Source: Myxococcota bacterium | Lineage (GTDB): Bacteria; Myxococcota_A; Polyangia; Nannocystales; Nannocystaceae | Assembly (NCBI GenBank): GCA_039028615.1 | Contig: JBCCHT010000037.1 | Location: 32,001-96,000 of the forward strand | Direction: 5' to 3' | Length of the DNA stretch: 64,000 nt | Shown here: positions 59,007 through 64,000 of the stretch, piece after piece | How positions within the stretch are numbered: position 1 is the stretch's first letter | How the letters are laid out: each line of letters starts with the position of its first letter | Position numbers and translations under genes: made by a program | Notes under the pieces: generated by a model | Told to the model about the DNA's origin: nothing | The model's database searches: none | Seen by the model: the letters and a program-made list of their open reading frames with translations, nothing else

Positions 59007-60182
59007 TCAGTCCGGGCGTGCCTCGGGCGGACCGAACGAGAGCAGGGTGTCCGTCATCGAGGCGTGCTGCAACCTGATCCATGCCGAGGAACGAGCAATG
59101 GAGGAAATTCGCACTTCGTCGAGCTCGCCCTCGAGGCGATGGCCGATGGCGAGAGGCTGGTCGTTGACGGTCAGCAAGCGTTGTTCGGCCGGGTCGTCGA
59201 GGGTCATGGAGGTCTCGACGGTGCCGTTGCGCGCGATGATCAGCGTGCCTTCGTCGGCGCGATAGGTGGCGACGACGTAGGTCCAGTCGTCGCCCAGCGA
59301 GCCACCGGCCTCGATGCTCGGGGCGTCGGCGGCGGTGCGCACGGTGACGGCGGGCCGCCTCGAGGGGGGCGCGGCACTCATGGTGCTGAGGGAGTAGGAG
59401 CCGTTCTTGATGGCGGCGAAGCGGTCGCCGTTGGCCTCGCCTTCGACCACCGAGACCCAGGCTTCGATGGTGATGGCTTCGGACAGTGCCAGCGCGTCGC
59501 CCGAGAGAAGCTCCATGCCGTTGCGGGGAGCCTCGCCGACTTGGAAGCGGGCCGCGTTGCCGATGACGCCGGGCACGTCGAGGGTGCCGTCGAAGGTCTC
59601 GAGCGACAGGTCGTGCCCGGAGCCGCTGGCGTCGGGCATGGTCGAGGCATCGCTGCCGGTCATGTGCCAGATGGCTTCGAAGTGTTCGTCCCAGACGATG
59701 GACGGCGCGGCGGGATCGAAGGCCTCGGCGTCGCCGTAGTACATCCAGAAGTGATCGGGCACGGCGTCGCCGGACAGGCGCACCCAGACGAGCGAGGTGC
59801 CGTCGGGGTCCCATTGCTCGATCTGGGCGGGCAGGGCGGTGGTCCCATCGTCGGCGAAGAACCGCAGGTCGACGCCGCCCGCCTCGGTGAGGTCGTATTC
59901 GATGCGGCTGTCGTCGAGCACCACGAGCACGGTGGCGTCCTCGGTGACGCCGACGTGCTCGGCCGCCACGTCGAGTCGGCGTCGGCGAGCGGAGGGCAGG
60001 GCGGTGCCTCCGGTGTCATCTTCGGTCGTCTCGTCGCTGTCGGCCGCGCCCTGGCTGCCCGCACTGCTGCTGTCACCGAGCCCCGGGTTGCCTCCGCCCT
60101 GGCCTCCGGCGCTGGGTTGGCAGGCGACCAGAGCTCCGAGGAGCCCCGGCCCCATGAATCGAGTGACGCGACGAACGATCAT
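59007..60182 (-). CDS. Lipoprotein with DUF2341-like and LamG (concanavalin-like) domains
   Basis: GALVAC lipobox; DLRFFADDG..LPAQIEQWD..WVRL..MYYGD; W.YVVATY..GELDEVRISSIARS; ATGA overlap with the upstream gene. Confidence 0.8.
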   Translation of the reverse strand: MIVRRVTRFMGPGLLGALVACQPSAGGQGGGNPGLGDSSSAGSQGAADSDETTEDDTGGTALPSARRRRLDVAAEHVGVTEDATVLVVLDDSRIEYDLTEAGGVDLRFFADDGTTALPAQIEQWDPDGTSLVWVRLSGDAVPDHFWMYYGDAEAFDPAAPSIVWDEHFEAIWHMTGSDASTMPDASGSGHDLSLETFDGTLDVPGVIGNAARFQVGEAPRNGMELLSGDALALSEAITIEAWVSVVEGEANGDRFAAIKNGSYSLSTMSAAPPSRRPAVTVRTAADAPSIEAGGSLGDDWTYVVATYRADEGTLIIARNGTVETSMTLDDPAEQRLLTVNDQPLAIGHRLEGELDEVRISSIARSSAWIRLQHASMTDTLLSFGPPEARPD

Positions 60183-62995
60183 CCGGGCGGTTCGAAACCA
60201 TCGCAGGTCTCGGCGATGACTTCGACCGCTGCGGCAAGGAAAGGACTGTAGTCTGGCTCGCAGACGCTAGCCCGGGTGCTGGCGGGGAAGGCATCGAGCA
60301 GCGCCCCGAGCCGAGGCGCGGGCACGGGGTCGTCGCACACCTGCGAGGCGGCATCGCCATCGGGCAGCAATCCGAGGATGACGACCGCGCTCTCGTCTTC
60401 GTTCTTCGCCGCAACCAGGGCGTCGTGCCACGCGGGCGGCTCGTCTTCGGAGACCTCGTCGGGTTCGTCGGTGATGAGGGTGACGACCAAGATCGCGTCG
60501 TCACGCAAGAAGCCCTCGTTGCAGGCGTGCTCGGCGAGCAGCTCGCTCGAGACGGCGCGGGTGAGCGACTGGGCGGTGTGCTCGAGCGAGCTACCGTCGA
60601 CGCCGACCCGAGCCGCGCACGAAAATGCGGTGTCGAGGTCGGGGTGCCCCGCGTCCACGAAGCGACCGGAGCCGAGCTCGCAGGGCTCGTTGCTCGCGCC
60701 CTCGCCGTAGGGCGCCACCTCGCCCGCGCCCATGGTGATGTCGCACAGCTCGGGAGCGGGCACGTCGCACGAAAACGCGGGCTCGTCGGGACAGCTGCCG
60801 AGCGTCGAGCAGGCATTGGCACAGTCGGCCCCGTTCCATTGGCCGTCGGTGTCGACCACCATGACGTGCCAGTCGTCGGCGGGCACCGCTTCCTGCATGG
60901 CGTCGACGAAGCCGGGGAAGCTGTCGACGAGGTTGGTCTGGTGGTCCTTCATGGACTCCGAGCTGTCGATCACGAACAGGAAGTCGATCTTCTGACAGCC
61001 GGTGCCGGGGTTGAAGGGCACGTCGCTGGGGGGCGGGGTGTCGAGCTTGCCCGCGGTGTCGTCGGCGTCGAGCGAGCCCATGGTGCCCGTGGTCGAGAGC
61101 CCAGACAGGCCGTCGGTGTCGGAGCCGCTGGTGCCGGAACCACCACCGCTGCAGCCCAGGCCGAGGCTGGCCGCGCCGAGCATGGCGAGACGTCGTCGCC
61201 GACGCATCACGCCGAGCAGCATCAGGCCGCCCCACAGCCATGGCAGGCCTTCGTCGCCCTCGCCGGAGGACTGGCAGCTGCAGCCGGTGGCCGGAGGATC
61301 CTCGAGCCCCACCGTGGCGCCGTCGGTGGCTCCCGTGCCCGTGCCCGTCTCATCGGCCGAGCCGGGGTTGCCGCTGTCACCCTGGTCGTCGCCGACGCCC
61401 GAGCCCCCTGCGGTGCCGTCGAGCCCTCCGCTGGTGCCCTCGGGGAAGTCGTCGCCGTAGAGGGTCTCGGAGGTGTTGGAGCCCTGGTCGCGCCAATTGA
61501 GCCCCACGCGATAGTCCAGCTGCGCCGAGTTGAGGTAGGTGCCGAAATCGTCGAGCTGCACCTCGATGGTCACGTCGCCCGCTTCTTCCGGCCCCAGGTT
61601 GCCGAGGTCCCAGGTCACCGTGTCGCCCTCGAGCGTGCCCCCGTCGGACGCGGACACGAAGGTCGCTCCCGGGGGCAGGGTATCGGTGAGGGTCACGTCG
61701 AGCACATTGATGAAGCTCGTGTTCGAGTACGTGATGCTCAGCGTGATCGCGGGCTCGGTGGTCTGCTCGGGCGCATCGACGGCCAGGCCGATGGTGGGCA
61801 GGCCCTCGACGGTGGCGCACGGCGCTTCGAACAACGAGTTCAAGAACATCCGCGTGCCCTGGGTATCGGGGTTGGCGGAGATCGGCGTGTCGGTGCTGTA
61901 CTCGTGGCCGCCCAGGTAGCTGACCTTGCCGATGGTGCCGCACTCGTGCTGATCGGGCGGGCACGCGCCATCGAGGAAGCCGGTCATCCACACGTCGTTG
62001 ACGCCCTCGGGCGTGCCCGCCTCGGTGAGCATGGTGATGTCGCCCGCCTTGTACTCGTCGCCCTTGGGCAGCGAGTACGCGGGCTCGCTGCCGCCGACCG
62101 TCTCGTAGCTGCCGTGGATCTGCCCGAAGGGCGAGTCCATGTGCAGGAAGTCGAGCTCGTCGGGGCGGTCGCCGATGAGAAAGCCGTTCGGTGTCAAGAA
62201 GAAGCCGTGCGGGTCGAGGTTCTCGAACGCGTTGACGGCCTGGCACTCGGCAAAAAAGTGCACCGGGTTGTTGAGGTAGGCACGCACCTCGGCCACCACT
62301 TCGGGCTGGGCCTCGGCGTCGCCCACGTCCCAGTGCATGGACATCAGCTGGCAGTAGACCGGGTTGCCGTCCTCGTCGAAGAGCGCACCGTCGGCGTGGT
62401 CGGTGTCGGTCGGGCCCGCGAGCTCGTCGGTGTCGAGCATGTCCGGGCTGTCGTTGCCCCAGTCGAGCGACAGCTCGGAGTCGGGAATCGCCGCGGCCTG
62501 CATGTAGCTGCGGGCGATGTCCTCGTTGCCGTCAGCGACCATCGCGATGGTCGGGGCCACCACGAGGTAGCGGGAGACCTCGGCCGAGAACGGAGCATCG
62601 GCTTCGTGCACCGCCGTCTCGGGATACTCCGCCAGCCAGTCGTCGATGATCGCCTGGGCTTGCATCGCATCCAAGGCATCGACGACGAAGGGCCCACCGC
62701 GGTAGTCGTGACCCGTGACGGGCATGCCGCTGGCCACGTCGAAGGCGTCGGCCGTGAAGTCCTCCTCGCCGTAGACCTTGCCCTCGCGGATCGTCCAACG
62801 CACTGGAACATCGTTCAGGAGCAAGGCGTATACGAGGCCGTACGCTCGCAGCATCCCTTCGTCCTGGTAGTCCAGGTCCATCGGGATGATGTACGAGCCG
62901 GCATCGAAGTCATCCGCTCGCGCTTCGGTGGCCCCCCCCAGGGCCAGCGCCGCAGCGGCTACCAGTACGACACGTTTGCAGAGTCGTCCGTTCAT
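60179..62995 (-). CDS. Exported protein: large N-terminal domain, DUF11-like domain, internal MYXO-CTERM, second lipoprotein signal, vWA-like domain
   Basis: Sec signal ending ARA; VTLTDTLPPGATFVSASDGG..VTWDLGNL (DUF11-like); GCSC..WLWGGLMLLGVMRRRRR; LAMLGAASLGLGC; IDFLFVIDSSESM (MIDAS-like). Confidence 0.85.
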   Translation of the reverse strand: MNGRLCKRVVLVAAAALALGGATEARADDFDAGSYIIPMDLDYQDEGMLRAYGLVYALLLNDVPVRWTIREGKVYGEEDFTADAFDVASGMPVTGHDYRGGPFVVDALDAMQAQAIIDDWLAEYPETAVHEADAPFSAEVSRYLVVAPTIAMVADGNEDIARSYMQAAAIPDSELSLDWGNDSPDMLDTDELAGPTDTDHADGALFDEDGNPVYCQLMSMHWDVGDAEAQPEVVAEVRAYLNNPVHFFAECQAVNAFENLDPHGFFLTPNGFLIGDRPDELDFLHMDSPFGQIHGSYETVGGSEPAYSLPKGDEYKAGDITMLTEAGTPEGVNDVWMTGFLDGACPPDQHECGTIGKVSYLGGHEYSTDTPISANPDTQGTRMFLNSLFEAPCATVEGLPTIGLAVDAPEQTTEPAITLSITYSNTSFINVLDVTLTDTLPPGATFVSASDGGTLEGDTVTWDLGNLGPEEAGDVTIEVQLDDFGTYLNSAQLDYRVGLNWRDQGSNTSETLYGDDFPEGTSGGLDGTAGGSGVGDDQGDSGNPGSADETGTGTGATDGATVGLEDPPATGCSCQSSGEGDEGLPWLWGGLMLLGVMRRRRRLAMLGAASLGLGCSGGGSGTSGSDTDGLSGLSTTGTMGSLDADDTAGKLDTPPPSDVPFNPGTGCQKIDFLFVIDSSESMKDHQTNLVDSFPGFVDAMQEAVPADDWHVMVVDTDGQWNGADCANACSTLGSCPDEPAFSCDVPAPELCDITMGAGEVAPYGEGASNEPCELGSGRFVDAGHPDLDTAFSCAARVGVDGSSLEHTAQSLTRAVSSELLAEHACNEGFLRDDAILVVTLITDEPDEVSEDEPPAWHDALVAAKNEDESAVVILGLLPDGDAASQVCDDPVPAPRLGALLDAFPASTRASVCEPDYSPFLAAAVEVIAETCDGFEPPG

Positions 62996-63297
62996 TTCGC
63001 ATCCTTCCGCCCACATCGCGGGCGATCGTAGCACGGTGACCGGAACGAACTGGTCCGAGCTACAACGACGAATTACGTGCCCAATATGGCATTGCGGCGC
63101 GGTTCAGGCAGTGGAGACCACGGTCGATACACACCGCTTCAGCGGTGCTGCGAAGCGGGCAAGTGACACCACGTTCACTACGCGACGGTGTGTAGGGACG
63201 CCGTGCACCTTCCATTCGAAACGACTCGCGCCATCGGGCGTCTCGTCTCGAGAGCGCAGCCGATGGCGCGAAGCGGTGGCCGATGCAGGCGTGGGTT

Positions 63298-63738
63298 CTA
63301 CTGACCGCGGAGCGCGACGCAGAAGGTGCTGAGGTACAGCGCCGACGCGGAGACGATGTCGTCCTCGGCGATGACGTTGCGGTCGGCCAAGCGGTTCCAC
63401 TCGTACGCGCCCTTGGCCACCAGCTCGATCTCCTGGGTGTCGACGTCCATGCCCATCGCGCCGTAGTCGTACAGGACCTGAACCGGCGCGTCGAAGACGG
63501 TGCCCTCGGGCAGGACCTGGTACGAGGGGCCGAGCGCGTCGGCGGGAAGGTCGTCGACCTGCTCGATGCTGATCTCGACGGCGTGGTCGAGCGCGCCCTC
63601 GGGAATGTCGATGGTGAGGCGCCCATCCCGAGAAACAACCGTTCCTCCCTCCGGCCCGACGACATCGTCTCCCGCAGGATCACACCCGGCGATGAGGGAA
63701 GCGACGATGGCGGCAGTAGCGATGGAGCGGAGCTGCAT
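63298..63738 (-). CDS. Small lipoprotein with ZU5-like domain
   Basis: SLIAGC lipobox; VGPEGGTV..LTIDIPEGAL..PEGTVFDAPV. Confidence 0.75.
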   Translation of the reverse strand: MQLRSIATAAIVASLIAGCDPAGDDVVGPEGGTVVSRDGRLTIDIPEGALDHAVEISIEQVDDLPADALGPSYQVLPEGTVFDAPVQVLYDYGAMGMDVDTQEIELVAKGAYEWNRLADRNVIAEDDIVSASALYLSTFCVALRGQ

Positions 63739-63754
63739 AGGCACCCCCCGTAAG

Positions 63755-63770
63755 AGCAAAGGGTGTGCCA
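63755..63770 (-). promoter_or_regulatory. Sigma54 (-24/-12) promoter
   Basis: Minus strand TGGCAC-ACCCT-TTGCT: exact GG-N10-GC spacing, 16 nt upstream of the ZU5-like gene ATG. Confidence 0.75.
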
Positions 63771-64000
63771 AACTACAAAACCGCTGTGGACCCCGTTTCG
63801 CGGTCGGATCGGTCCGTCAAGGCGCTGACGAGGCAACCCGAATGGCCAGATCAGTGGCAACGACACTTGCCACTTGGAGCGGGGTGCGAGAAGGCATGAA
63901 ATCCAGGGATATCAAGTACATGCACCTTCACTTTGGTGAGGTTGCATACATGTGCTCTTAGGTGTGCCTCAGGGCCGGATCGCGTTCGTTGGAATCGCCG

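Overview
High-GC, gene-dense chromosomal segment. MYXO-CTERM, a TIGR04563-type small protein, several Ser/Thr kinases and many Cys/Asp-rich lipoproteins point to a myxobacterium, probably Nannocystaceae-like (inference). Core genes: polyprenyl synthase (partial) with a GbsR-type regulator, HtrA protease, UbiD, glnD, guaB-guaA-ruvB, pgk-tpiA-secG-dapF, mlaE-F-D, TetR-RND efflux, dksA, a K+ channel, an Lgt-like gene, tRNA-Met with an adjacent ParE-type TA pair, a thiolase/Hbd/crotonase/3x acyl-CoA dehydrogenase operon, and a surface (lipo)protein cluster. No CRISPR, integrase or transposase was seen. The most notable observations are: (1) a 938-aa ORF in which an internal MYXO-CTERM anchor runs straight into a lipoprotein signal and a second, vWA-like domain, a possible two-product surface polyprotein; (2) two adjacent acyl-CoA dehydrogenases with complementary motif loss, a possible heteromeric ACAD; (3) an MlaD with an 8-Cys insertion inside its MCE domain; (4) a structured, AT-richer intergenic region with a candidate ~230-nt RNA and a 5x8-bp tandem array. 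All family calls are from motif recognition by eye, not database searches; several start codons were adjusted from the ORF track.
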